A stretch of DNA of 64,000 nt from Candidatus Aminicenantes bacterium (GCA_011772475.1 WVZK01000086.1:4406-68405); one strand, 5' to 3'; shown: positions 48,342-57,809, counted from the first letter of the stretch. Numbers and translations are program-made. Notes: generated by a model from the letters alone, not told the origin.

Positions 48342-49214
48342 ATGGGAAAGGTTATAACTCGAAGGGATTTTATTTGTGGAAGTACCTTTGCAGTATTAGG
48401 AGCTGCAATAGGATTTTCCTCTCAACAGACAAAAAAATCAAAAGTCGTTTTGGTTCGCCATCCTGATGCACTGGATGAAAATTCCAAGATCAACGCAGAA
48501 ATAATCCAGCAGATGGTTGATGAAGCGGTTATGGCTTTGTTTGGTGAGGAAGATCCAGTTAAAGCTCTTGAAATGATCGTTAAGCCGGGCGAGGTTGTGG
48601 GGATTAAAAGCAATGTTTGGTCCTATCTTCCTACTCCGTCTGAGCTTGAGAGGGCGATCGAGCGCCGGCTGATAGATGTTGGGGTGAAAAAAGATGACAT
48701 CAGTGTTGATGATCATGGCGTGCGGAGAAATCCGGTTTTCTTAAAAGCAACTTCTCTTATCAATGTCAGACCTCTAAGAACTCATTATCTCGCAGGTATC
48801 AGCGGCTGTATGAAAAATTACATAATGTTTGCAAGGTCTCAATCCGCTTATCATCCCAACAGCTGTGCAGACCTGGGAGCCCTGTTTTCTCTACCCCAAG
48901 TAAAGGGAAAGACCCGGTTGAATATTTTGTGTGCACTTACGCCGCAGTTTCATGGTCGTGGACCCCACCATTTTAGCCGAAGGTATGTTTGGAATTACAA
49001 GGGCCTGTTTGTAAGTCAAGATCCTGTCGCGGTTGATGCCCTTGGCCTGCGGCTGCTCATGGCTAAACGCCGCGAAAAGCTTGGCAAAGATCGAGAAATT
49101 CCGCCAGTTCCGAGGCATATAGAAGTTGCCGATGTAAAGCATGGATTGGGTACAAGCGACATAAATAAAATAGAATTGATAAAACTTGGGTGGAAAGAGG
49201 ATATCTTAATTTGA
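48342..49214 (+). CDS. DUF362-like protein with Tat signal
   Basis: MGKVITRRDFICGSTFAVLGAAIGF (RR motif); KPGEVVGIKSNVW; GISGCMKNYIMF; SQDPVAVDALGLRLL. Confidence 0.8.
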   Translation: MGKVITRRDFICGSTFAVLGAAIGFSSQQTKKSKVVLVRHPDALDENSKINAEIIQQMVDEAVMALFGEEDPVKALEMIVKPGEVVGIKSNVWSYLPTPSELERAIERRLIDVGVKKDDISVDDHGVRRNPVFLKATSLINVRPLRTHYLAGISGCMKNYIMFARSQSAYHPNSCADLGALFSLPQVKGKTRLNILCALTPQFHGRGPHHFSRRYVWNYKGLFVSQDPVAVDALGLRLLMAKRREKLGKDREIPPVPRHIEVADVKHGLGTSDINKIELIKLGWKEDILI

Positions 49215-49222
49215 GACGATCT

Positions 49223-49250
49223 TGTAGGGATTTGATTCACCAAAACTGCA
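49223..49250. repeat. Degenerate GTAG-palindrome repeat
   Basis: GTAGGGATTTGATTCACCAAAACTGCA, 9 nt after the stop codon. Confidence 0.75.
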
Positions 49251-49288
49251 ATTTTTGGGAATGGTAATTTTAAAATGGGAGACATGAA

Positions 49289-51133
49289 ATGGGCTTTGCT
49301 ATGAGAAAGCTACTTTTTAAACAATCCGTTTTGCTGCTCGCAATACTGCTTGCATGTTCATTCTCTGCTGAGATTTTAGAAGCCTCTAATCTTGAATATG
49401 TAAGCAGTATATTATGGACAAAAGCCTATGATGCAAAAATAGACGGCGATCATGCTTATTGTGCCTTTTTAAACGGTCTTGTTATTCTCGATATTTCAAA
49501 CAAGTTGAAACCTGTTTTCATCTCCCGTCTCTTTCTAGGAGGAGGATTCGGAATTGATTTGAAAGACAACCTCGCCTTTATCGCTGCCGGGAAGAAAGGT
49601 TTGAAGATTGTGGATGTATCCAACATTAACGCTCCTTCTCTTACTGGCTTCTTAGACACCCCGGGCGAAGCTAAAGATATAGCATTGAAAGGCGAGCATG
49701 CTTATATTGCTGATGGCCCTTCAGGACTGCAGATAATAGACATAAGCAATCCATCATCTCCCAAACTTGCCGCCTCCTTTGATACAACTGATGACGCCCG
49801 AGGAGTGACTTTAAAAGGTAATTTCGCCTATGTAGCGGATAACTCCTCCGGATTACAAATAATAAACACCAGCAATCCTTTAACTCCGAAGCTAACAAGC
49901 TCCTACGACACGCCTGGCACCGCAGAAAGAGTTGCTGTATCCGGGGATTATGCTTATGTGGCGGATGGTTCACCTGGCCTTCAAATAATTGATATCAGCG
50001 ATCCGTCATCTCCCAAGCTTGCCACCTCTTTCATCACTTCAGGCTATGCTCATGGAGTTGCAGTAAGCGGTGATTATGCCTACGTGGGAAATCTTTATGA
50101 TGGGGCCTTTCAGATAATAAACATCAGCAATCCAAGTGCTCCTATCCTTGCTGTTACCCGCAAATACACTATGTACAACGAGGCCTGGGATGTGGCTGTA
50201 AGCGGCGAATATGCTTATATAGTGGATTATTTCGCAGGTCTCCATATCATGTCAGTGATCGATCCCTCTAAACCCGTAATGAAAGGCGTCTATTATACCC
50301 CTGGCTCAATAATAGATGCTGCAGTTAACGGCAAGTATGTTTGTGCGGTGGGCGACCTCTCTGGCTTGCAGATAGTAGATATCAGCAATGCTTCTGACCC
50401 AAAGATTGTAGGCTCAATAGGCCGCATGCGAGGAGTTCATGGTTTAACGGCAAGCGGTAATTATGTCTATATCACCGACAGATGGTCGTTAAAAATATAC
50501 AACATAAGCGATCCCGCAAAAATAAAGCTTGCCCGGCAATTTCCTGTTCCCGGTGTGCCGCGAGCAATAGTTGTAAGAGGAAACTATGCTTATATGACCT
50601 CTGATCATTCAGGATTTCATGTCATAGATATCAGCGATCCATCAGCTCCTTCGATCGTTGGCACGCATAAAATGCCGGGCTTTGCTTACGGCATTGCTGT
50701 CGAAGGAGACTATGCATATATCGCCAACAGCGACACTGGATTCCACATAATAGATGTAAGCAATCCATCTTCTCCCAAACTTACAGGCTCTTACAAAACG
50801 CCAGGCCTTACTTATGATGTGGCTATTAGAAGGGGGCATGCATATGTAGCAGATGGCTCTTCAGGATTGCAGATATTAGATATAAGCAAGCCTTCAGCTC
50901 CATCGATTGTTGGTTCGTTTGAAATGTCAGGCTTTGCCAACGGAATAACGGTTAAAGGTTATTATGCCTATGTCTCGGATGAGATTTCAGGGCTAAAGAA
51001 AATCGATATAAGTAATCCATCTTCTCCCAAACTGGTCAGCTCGTTTGATACACCTGGTGAATCTGCAAGAGCACTTGTATGCGGAGAATATATTGTTGTG
51101 GCGGATTCTTTTTCACTCTTGATACTCAAATGA
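49289..51133 (+). CDS. Secreted LVIVD-repeat beta-propeller protein
   Basis: 614 aa; about a dozen repeats of the type GDYAYVADGSSGLQIIDISNPSSPKLASSFDTPG. Confidence 0.9.
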   Translation: MGFAMRKLLFKQSVLLLAILLACSFSAEILEASNLEYVSSILWTKAYDAKIDGDHAYCAFLNGLVILDISNKLKPVFISRLFLGGGFGIDLKDNLAFIAAGKKGLKIVDVSNINAPSLTGFLDTPGEAKDIALKGEHAYIADGPSGLQIIDISNPSSPKLAASFDTTDDARGVTLKGNFAYVADNSSGLQIINTSNPLTPKLTSSYDTPGTAERVAVSGDYAYVADGSPGLQIIDISDPSSPKLATSFITSGYAHGVAVSGDYAYVGNLYDGAFQIINISNPSAPILAVTRKYTMYNEAWDVAVSGEYAYIVDYFAGLHIMSVIDPSKPVMKGVYYTPGSIIDAAVNGKYVCAVGDLSGLQIVDISNASDPKIVGSIGRMRGVHGLTASGNYVYITDRWSLKIYNISDPAKIKLARQFPVPGVPRAIVVRGNYAYMTSDHSGFHVIDISDPSAPSIVGTHKMPGFAYGIAVEGDYAYIANSDTGFHIIDVSNPSSPKLTGSYKTPGLTYDVAIRRGHAYVADGSSGLQILDISKPSAPSIVGSFEMSGFANGITVKGYYAYVSDEISGLKKIDISNPSSPKLVSSFDTPGESARALVCGEYIVVADSFSLLILK

Positions 51134-51190
51134 TTTATAGATTTTGAATAAATTAAAAACGGAATCTATTTAGGTTAAAAGGAGAGTAAT

Positions 51191-51529
51191 ATGAGCAAGA
51201 AGAAGAAGGAGAAGGATATCTTTTCCGAGATCGGAGATAAATTCAAGGAGCTCGGTGAGGAGATCAAGCCACATCTTGATAAGGCAGAAAAGAAGCTGCG
51301 TGATTTTGATAAGGCCATTGAGCCATCCATGGCCGAACTCGGCGAGAAGCTCAAGGAACTGGGAAGTACACTCAAACCTCCAATGGAGGATATTTCCGGC
51401 CGGATGAAAGAGTGGGGAGAGTCTATGAAGAGCACAATAGACGATATGAGTAAGCGCGTCAAAAAGTGGAAAAAAGAACAGAAAAAAAGCGAAAAGACCA
51501 AAGCAGTTAAGAAGAAGAAATCATTATAA
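51191..51529 (+). CDS. Charged coiled-coil protein
   Basis: 112 aa, Lys/Glu-rich amphipathic helices; RBS AAAAGGAGAG. Confidence 0.65.
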   Translation: MSKKKKEKDIFSEIGDKFKELGEEIKPHLDKAEKKLRDFDKAIEPSMAELGEKLKELGSTLKPPMEDISGRMKEWGESMKSTIDDMSKRVKKWKKEQKKSEKTKAVKKKKSL

Positions 51530-51531
51530 GC

Positions 51532-51570
51532 AAGCGTCTTGGGGAAGGCCCGCTTTCCATTGACGCTTTT
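51532..51570 (+). terminator. Possible intrinsic terminator overlapping the next promoter
   Basis: AAGCGTC...GACGCTT followed by TT. Confidence 0.45.
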
Positions 51571-51588
51571 GTCTTTCTGTGGTATCAT
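51560..51588 (+). promoter_or_regulatory. sigma70-type promoter for the RRM gene
   Basis: TTGACG, 17 nt, TATCAT; leader of about 125 nt before the ATG at 51721. Confidence 0.55.
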
Positions 51589-51720
51589 CATTCATGTTGA
51601 AATTGAGGAGACCTGTGCAGCTACAAAACAAGCAGGCATCATAAGGGATGAGGGAAAATTTCAATAGGTAAAAAATATGTCCTCCCCTTATAAAAAATCC
51701 AATATTAAAAGGAAGTCAAA

Positions 51721-52032
51721 ATGAATATTTATGTAGGTAATTTGCCACGCGAGGCTACCGAAGAAGATTTGAAAGAGGCTTTTGAAGCCTTTGGGGAGGT
51801 CACATCTTACAAGATCATCAAAGACAAATTCACCGGAGATTCTAGGGGATTTGGATTCGTTGAAATGTCCAACAGTTCCGAAGCTCAAGCCGCGATCTCA
51901 GGCCTTGATGGCAAAGATCTGAAGGGGAGCACTCTTAGGGTTAACGAGGCCCGCCCTCGTCGCGATGACCGAGGCAGAGGAGGTTTTGGCCGAGGAGGCG
52001 GCGGAGGAAGCGGGGGTAGAAGACGTTTCTGA
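51721..52032 (+). CDS. RRM-type RNA-binding protein with Gly/Arg-rich tail
   Basis: MNIYVGNLPREATEEDLKEAFEAFGEV; SRGFGFVEM; RRDDRGRGGFGRGGGGGSGGRRRF. Confidence 0.95.
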   Translation: MNIYVGNLPREATEEDLKEAFEAFGEVTSYKIIKDKFTGDSRGFGFVEMSNSSEAQAAISGLDGKDLKGSTLRVNEARPRRDDRGRGGFGRGGGGGSGGRRRF

Positions 52033-52459
52033 TAATCTCCACTCTGACATTAAAGCTCACAGCCAAATTCTGAATTAAGGCTTACTTGAAAGCTGCCCAT
52101 CCGACGCATTTGTCCCAACAAATTCGTAAATACACCTACCATTCTAGTCAAAAAAAGAAGAATACCGCCAGAAAAATGCCTGATTTATCTTCACGATTGC
52201 ATGCTAATCCAGTTGTTCAATTGCGCGCTTCTCCTGATAGGCCGCAATATCCTATGCGGAGGGTAAGAAGTTGGGTTCAACTATTAAATTCCAAAAAGGA
52301 ATAATGAATGAAAAAGTATAAAAGAAATGAAAGAAAAAAAAGAGATAGGAAGAGAGAGAAAAGAAAAAGAGAAAAAAGAAAAAATAATAAATATTACATG
52401 AACTCCGGCTCCTGCTTTATCGTATAATACAATAAAGTAGATGTGAGGAGCCAGGTACT

Positions 52460-53599
52460 ATGAAAAAGGTTATTTTTATCATCGTAATAGTGGTCGTGGT
52501 CGTTGGTCTTTCTATTGTGGCCATAAGAGGTTGCCGACCGGGTAGTGACACTCAGATAGAAAACACAGCAAAAGTGGAAAGGGGGAACATCTCGAAGACT
52601 GTCGTGGCCACGGGCAAGATAGAACCTCTTTACAAGGCTGAGATCAAATCAAAAATTGGTGGCCTGATTAATCAATTTTATGTTGAGGAAGGGGACAGGG
52701 TAACTGTTGGCCAGAAGTTGGTGGAGATTATTCCCGGGGCAACACCGGTTGAAATGGTGCAGGCCCGCACCGAAGTAAAGGCCGCAGCCTACGACAAGCT
52801 CGTCGCTGAAAGACAATATCTGAGAAACAAGGAGTTAAAGGAGCAAGAACTGATTGCGCCAGAAAAGTACGATCAAGCCAAAGCCAGTTATTATACGGCT
52901 AAAGCTCGCTTTTATGCAGCTATGGCTCAATTACGAGTGCTGGAGCAGGGGTCGAATGTGGAGTCGCTAGCTGAAGGTATCGAGATTAGTGAACAAGATA
53001 GGCTTGAAATCGAAAAAGAGACACGGGAGGCCATTGCCAGCATGACACTGATTGCTCCCATCTCAGGAATTATCCTTTCCCGCGACACCGATAAAGGGAG
53101 CGCAGTCATCCCCATTTCTTCAGCCTACGGAGGAACAGTAATCATGATTCTCGCCGATGTTTCTGAGAAACATTTTCGAGGCGACGTGGACGAAGCAGAT
53201 ATCGGAAAAGTACATCTTGGCCTGCCGGCCAGAATATATGTAGAAGCTTATCCGGACGAGCCTTTTAAAGCAGAGCTAACCCACATCAGTCCTAGGGGTC
53301 GTGAGGAAGAGGACATCATTAATTTCGAGATTAAAGCGACAGTTAGAGATCAGGAGAATAAGCTCCGTGTGGGTATGTCAGCAGATGCCGAGCTTATTCT
53401 GGAGGAACATGAAAATGTTCTTGTTGTTCCGGAAGGGGCAATAATATACGAGGATGGAAAAACTTTCGTCAATATCCAGGACGATTCTGTAGAAGAAGGC
53501 ATGCGTAAGGTAGAAATAACCAAGGGCATTTCCGACGGTCTTCGGACAGAGGTTCTCTCTGGCCTTGAAGAGGGCCTGGTTGTGGTTCTTCCTATATAA
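52460..53599 (+). CDS. Efflux periplasmic adaptor (MacA/HlyD-like)
   Basis: TVVATGKIEPLYKAEIKSKIGGLINQFYVEEGDRVTVGQKLVEI; IAPISGIILSRDTDKGSAV; VLVVPEGAIIYEDG. Confidence 0.92.
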   Translation: MKKVIFIIVIVVVVVGLSIVAIRGCRPGSDTQIENTAKVERGNISKTVVATGKIEPLYKAEIKSKIGGLINQFYVEEGDRVTVGQKLVEIIPGATPVEMVQARTEVKAAAYDKLVAERQYLRNKELKEQELIAPEKYDQAKASYYTAKARFYAAMAQLRVLEQGSNVESLAEGIEISEQDRLEIEKETREAIASMTLIAPISGIILSRDTDKGSAVIPISSAYGGTVIMILADVSEKHFRGDVDEADIGKVHLGLPARIYVEAYPDEPFKAELTHISPRGREEEDIINFEIKATVRDQENKLRVGMSADAELILEEHENVLVVPEGAIIYEDGKTFVNIQDDSVEEGMRKVEITKGISDGLRTEVLSGLEEGLVVVLPI

Positions 53600-53675
53600 T
53601 ATCCTCGCAGAAGATTTCTGTGGCCGTCCTGCAGGGATTGTATGCCTGATTTAGCCTCATGGCAAGGATTAAGTT

Positions 53676-56234
53676 ATGCGATTATCCGAGATTATTAGAC
53701 AGGCTTTCGAAGACCTGAAGGCACACCGACTACGAAGCATCCTCACGCTTTTTGGGATTATCTGGGGGATTATGGCCATAATGATCTTATTGGGATGGGG
53801 TTTTGGATTCCGCGATTATATGTGGGAAGGTATGCATAAAATCGGTGAGGACCTGGTTTTTTTTATGCCAGGTCACACTTCGATCGGAATTGGTGGGTAT
53901 AAAACCGGACGACCTATAGTACCGGAAATAAAGGATATCGAGGCTATTGAAATGCAATGTCCTTCAGTGGGCAAGATAAGCCCGCAGATGACACGGTGGT
54001 ACCAGGTAAAAGCCGAAACTGAAGCCCGAAGGTTCAATATTCGTGGTGTGCTGCCGGTGGCCAAGGAGATGAACAACTGGCAAGTGGCTAAAGGGCGATT
54101 TATCATTGATGACGATGTAAAAAATCGCAGGCGTTTTGCGTTTATCGGCAACAATATTAGAGAGCAGCTTTTTGGCGAAGAATCTAATCCAGTAGGAAAA
54201 AAGATCAAGATTCGTGGTGTAACCTTCTCTATTATAGGCTTAGCCGTTGAAAAAGAGCTTCAATTGTCTACCATAAACAGCCGGCATGATGACCAGGTTC
54301 TAGTTCCCCTAAGCACAGCCCAGCAATTATGGGGCGACGGGAAGAGCCTTAATCTCGTTTTTGCCTCTCCCAAGGAGAATTATAAATCCAGTCAAGTAGT
54401 TAAGGAGATACGTAGTCTCATGGCTGAACGTCATCATTTTGATCCCGATGATGAAGAAGCGTTGACGATTTTTGAATTTGCCTTTTTTGATAAGATGTTC
54501 AGTCTGCTCTCTCTCGGATTGAATAGTCTCTTGGGCCTAATAGGGATAATCACCTTGTTTATCGGCGGCGTTGGAGTAATGAACATAATGTTTGTCTCTG
54601 TGCAGGAACGCACGCGTGAGATAGGCATCCGTAAGTCAGTAGGAGCTAGGAAAAGGGACATCCGGCTCCATTTCTTAGCCGAAGCGCTGTTCATTACGAT
54701 GCTGGGTGGACTCATTGGTTTTCTGTTGGGGTCTGCTCTTCTGGGGGGAGTTAATCTTTTGCCTTTGCCCCGGTTCATTCCTCTTCCTCAGAACTCACCA
54801 GAGCTCTCGTTGATCGTTGTCTTGGTGATGATCTTGACCGGAGTTATTTCAGGATACATCCCAGCCAAAAACGCGGCCGAGATGGAGCCGGCTAAAGCCC
54901 TGCAGTATGAACGGGGTGAAACAGTTGTTGGTAAGAAAGTGCCAAAGCCCCTTTGGGTCTCGCGAACACTGACGGGTGAACTTATAGGACAAGCCTTTCT
55001 CGAGATTCGCAGCAGCAAATCCAGAAGTTTTCTCACCATGTTCGGAATTTTTTGGGGCATTGCTGCTGTGATTGTGCTTATAGGATTCGGTGCAGGTTTT
55101 CAGGGATTTTTCAACCGTGAATGGGGCAAGATGGGTGAAAAAACTATACACGTGAGAGGTGGTCGTGTTCAAAGCAAAAGAGGTACTTACAGAGAAGCGC
55201 GAAGAGTCCGGCTTTCAGAAAGAGACATAGACGCACTCTTAGCCTTTCCTGTTGAGATAGAGGTAGCCATACCAGAATATGATTGCGGACATCCGGTAGT
55301 GAAATACGGCAACGAAAACCGCGCTGTCCACACCCTGGGTGTGGTTCCAGATACTTCAGAGATGCGTAGTTTTAAAACCGCCTGGGGTCGGTTCATAAAT
55401 CAAGGAGATATTGAGGAAAGCAGGAGGGTCTGCTTTTTAGGATCGACTATTCAAGAGCGGCTTTTTGGGAGCCGCACTCGCGACGTCACAGGTGAGTATG
55501 TCAATATCAACGGAATTCGCTATCTGGTCGTAGGTACTTCTCAGCCAAAAGGATTTCAGCTTTCTATAAACATTTCCCTGGATGATGAAAAGATGCTTAT
55601 TCCGCTCACTGCAGCTCTTAAAGACTTCAGCGGAGAAAAATACATTTCTCGAATCCTTGTTTCGCCAGTAAGTAAAGAACGCTATAGGAAGACAGAATCG
55701 GAGATTCGCCAAGTTCTGTCCAAACTGCATAGGTTTGATCCTGAAGATGAAGATGCTTTAAATATTTTCAGCATGCTTGAAGGCACGGAATTCCTGGATT
55801 ATATCGTGCTGGCACTTCAGGTATTCTTGGGAGGAGTGGGAGTGATCACTCTAATGATCGGGGCTGTGGGAGTGATGAACATCATGTATTTTGTCGTCAC
55901 CCAGCGAACCCGGGAGATAGGCATTCGTAGAGCTGTCGGAGCGCTCAAGAGACATATTTTCCAGCAGCTCTTCACAGAGGCACTCGCAATCACATTTCTT
56001 AGCGGGCTTATCGGATTTGGGATCGGATGGAGCATAAACGCCGGCCTCACGGGTCTTGTTGCCTTCTTAAGAACTCAGAGCGTACAGCTTATGATGCTTT
56101 TTTCGCCCGAGAATTCTTTCCTTGCCTCCATAATTACAGTCTTTTTAATGATAGCAGCTGGCTTTTTGGCTGGGCTGACTCCAGCACTTCGAGCCATGCG
56201 CTTGGATATCGTTGATTCCTTACGCTACGAATAA
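53676..56234 (+). CDS. ABC-type permease with two tandem MacB_PCD-FtsX units
   Basis: 852 aa. Two copies of RSxLTxFGI(I/F)WGIxA and two of GGVGVMNIMxxxVxxRTREIGIRxxVGAxxxxI. No ATP-binding subunit nearby. Confidence 0.9.
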   Translation: MRLSEIIRQAFEDLKAHRLRSILTLFGIIWGIMAIMILLGWGFGFRDYMWEGMHKIGEDLVFFMPGHTSIGIGGYKTGRPIVPEIKDIEAIEMQCPSVGKISPQMTRWYQVKAETEARRFNIRGVLPVAKEMNNWQVAKGRFIIDDDVKNRRRFAFIGNNIREQLFGEESNPVGKKIKIRGVTFSIIGLAVEKELQLSTINSRHDDQVLVPLSTAQQLWGDGKSLNLVFASPKENYKSSQVVKEIRSLMAERHHFDPDDEEALTIFEFAFFDKMFSLLSLGLNSLLGLIGIITLFIGGVGVMNIMFVSVQERTREIGIRKSVGARKRDIRLHFLAEALFITMLGGLIGFLLGSALLGGVNLLPLPRFIPLPQNSPELSLIVVLVMILTGVISGYIPAKNAAEMEPAKALQYERGETVVGKKVPKPLWVSRTLTGELIGQAFLEIRSSKSRSFLTMFGIFWGIAAVIVLIGFGAGFQGFFNREWGKMGEKTIHVRGGRVQSKRGTYREARRVRLSERDIDALLAFPVEIEVAIPEYDCGHPVVKYGNENRAVHTLGVVPDTSEMRSFKTAWGRFINQGDIEESRRVCFLGSTIQERLFGSRTRDVTGEYVNINGIRYLVVGTSQPKGFQLSINISLDDEKMLIPLTAALKDFSGEKYISRILVSPVSKERYRKTESEIRQVLSKLHRFDPEDEDALNIFSMLEGTEFLDYIVLALQVFLGGVGVITLMIGAVGVMNIMYFVVTQRTREIGIRRAVGALKRHIFQQLFTEALAITFLSGLIGFGIGWSINAGLTGLVAFLRTQSVQLMMLFSPENSFLASIITVFLMIAAGFLAGLTPALRAMRLDIVDSLRYE

Positions 56235-56261
56235 GAAGCAAAGCGAAACACATAAGACAAT

Positions 56262-56290
56262 TTGACTAATTTCCCGTTTGTTGTTATTCT
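56262..56290 (+). promoter_or_regulatory. Promoter sharing its leader with 24069
   Basis: TTGACT-N17-TATTCT then TTTGCC. Confidence 0.5.
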
Positions 56291-56321
56291 TTTGCCGAAA
56301 ATTCAAAGGGGAGAATGAACT

Positions 56322-56420
56322 ATGGAATGCCCCGCTTGTCATTTTAAAAATCCTGAAGATATATCCTATTGCGGCAAGTGCGGGAAGCAGCTGGCCGAGC
56401 TGAAAGGATTGTCTAAATGA
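56322..56420 (+). CDS. Orphan 32-aa zinc-ribbon ORF (possible kinase N-terminus remnant)
   Basis: Hand translation MECPACHFKNPEDISYCGKCGKQLAELKGLSK*; AAAGGGGAG upstream; closely resembles the N-termini of both kinases. Confidence 0.6.
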   Translation: MECPACHFKNPEDISYCGKCGKQLAELKGLSK

Positions 56421-56584
56421 TTAATAAAAGCTTTACTGGATAAGTATATAGATGATGCATAAATAGATAGATATGCAGATAGACGGTGCGCATAAAGATA
56501 TCGATGAGGATTTAAGGGAAAGCCAATATGAAAAAATTATTCCCATCCCTTTATTCCATAAATCAATAAAAGGAGGGAAATGAT

Positions 56585-56878
56585 ATGTTTGCCCGTTTAC
56601 TCAGACTTCAAATCAAAATCAATCGGATAGATGAAGCCACAAAGCTCTTTGAGGAGAGCGTTATTCCGTTGTGCAAAGATAAGAAGGGTTATAAGGGAGC
56701 CTATTTCCTGACCGACCGTAAAACAGGTACAAGCATTCCTATAACCTTATGGCAAAGTGAAAAGGATATGCTTGCTACTGAAAGCAGCCATTTTTTCCAG
56801 GAACAGTTGGTCAAGTTCGTGAGATTTTTCAAAGGACCTCCTATTCGCGAAACCTACGAAGTGATCGTCCACGATTAA
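56585..56878 (+). CDS. Small dimeric alpha/beta-barrel (ABM-like) protein, paralog 2
   Basis: 97 aa, same length as 24276-24569 with shared F(Q)EQLVK and PPIRE-YE-IV; AAAGGAGGG upstream. Confidence 0.75.
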   Translation: MFARLLRLQIKINRIDEATKLFEESVIPLCKDKKGYKGAYFLTDRKTGTSIPITLWQSEKDMLATESSHFFQEQLVKFVRFFKGPPIRETYEVIVHD

Positions 56879-56954
56879 ATGAAAGTGCGTTTATTTCTCT
56901 TCTTGGTTTCCGTCGGCTGAGTTATTCGGCTAAAAGTTTCCAATCGGCCTACCC

Positions 56955-57725
56955 TCATTTATCTTGAGACTGCTCTATAATAAATTCTGAAATCATATCC
57001 AGCATCTTTTCAAAGTGTGACGCCTCAGAGTATGTATGGTCTGCACCTTCAATTATTTCCAGACGGCAATTCTGGATTAAGCTTGCCGTCTTTTTACTCT
57101 GTTCGATAGGTACAGTCTCATCTTCATCTCCGTGAACAATCAACGCGGGAATCTTGATATTTTGGGCAGCCTCGTATGCCTTAACTTTTTCAGCTTCTTC
57201 ATAAAAAGAGTATTTTAATTTACGAGCTTCATCATCCACTCCGGTGACGTCGATGATTCCCTTTTCTTTCCAGTTCTTGATATCTTTTTCATCCACTCGA
57301 GAATGTATAAGGGCCGTATAATCTGATACCGGCGATTTTAGAGCCAGAACATACAGAGCATTTGATTTTGAGGCAGCTAGTATACTAGCCATCCCGCCAA
57401 AACTTGAACCGATAAGTCCAATTTTCTTGTAGTCTGATTCCTTCAGAAGCTTAATGGCGTTCTGGATATCGTCAACAGCTTCAAAAGTAGTTATCTCTTC
57501 GAATTTCCCTTCGCTTTCACCGTGCCCGAAAAAATCAAACCTAAAAGTGGAAATCCCTTTGTCATTCAGAATATCCTCCAGGCGTACATAGGTGCGGCCT
57601 TCCTTACTTGTGGAGAAACCATGACACAGAATTATAATCGGCTTTTCTTTCTGAGATGTGGGATTAGATAATATCCCACAAAGCTTGTCTCCTTTGCTGT
57701 TTTTAAAGTAAACCTTTTCTTTCAC
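56955..57725 (-). CDS. Alpha/beta hydrolase
   Basis: PIIILCHGFSTSKEG, GLIGSSFGGMASILAAS, IVHGDEDETVPIEQS, GADHTYS. Confidence 0.9.
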   Translation of the reverse strand: MKEKVYFKNSKGDKLCGILSNPTSQKEKPIIILCHGFSTSKEGRTYVRLEDILNDKGISTFRFDFFGHGESEGKFEEITTFEAVDDIQNAIKLLKESDYKKIGLIGSSFGGMASILAASKSNALYVLALKSPVSDYTALIHSRVDEKDIKNWKEKGIIDVTGVDDEARKLKYSFYEEAEKVKAYEAAQNIKIPALIVHGDEDETVPIEQSKKTASLIQNCRLEIIEGADHTYSEASHFEKMLDMISEFIIEQSQDK

Positions 57726-57809
57726 GGGCGAGGTTGATCTCCAATATAACAGAATTATAGATTATACAGAATAATGAAGAGAATACCAGATGCACATAAA
57801 AATGGGAGC

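Noticed and set aside
52086-52304. 72-aa ORF MKAAHPTHLSQQIRKYTYHSSQ...
   Set aside because: No convincing ribosome-binding site, low-complexity composition, no recognisable domain; more likely intergenic.
54434-54778. Antisense ORFs inside the FtsX permease (also 53873-54208, 54788-55060, 54849-55172, 55817-56050)
   Set aside because: Fully antisense to a strongly supported gene and without start signals or domains; an expected by-product of long ORFs.
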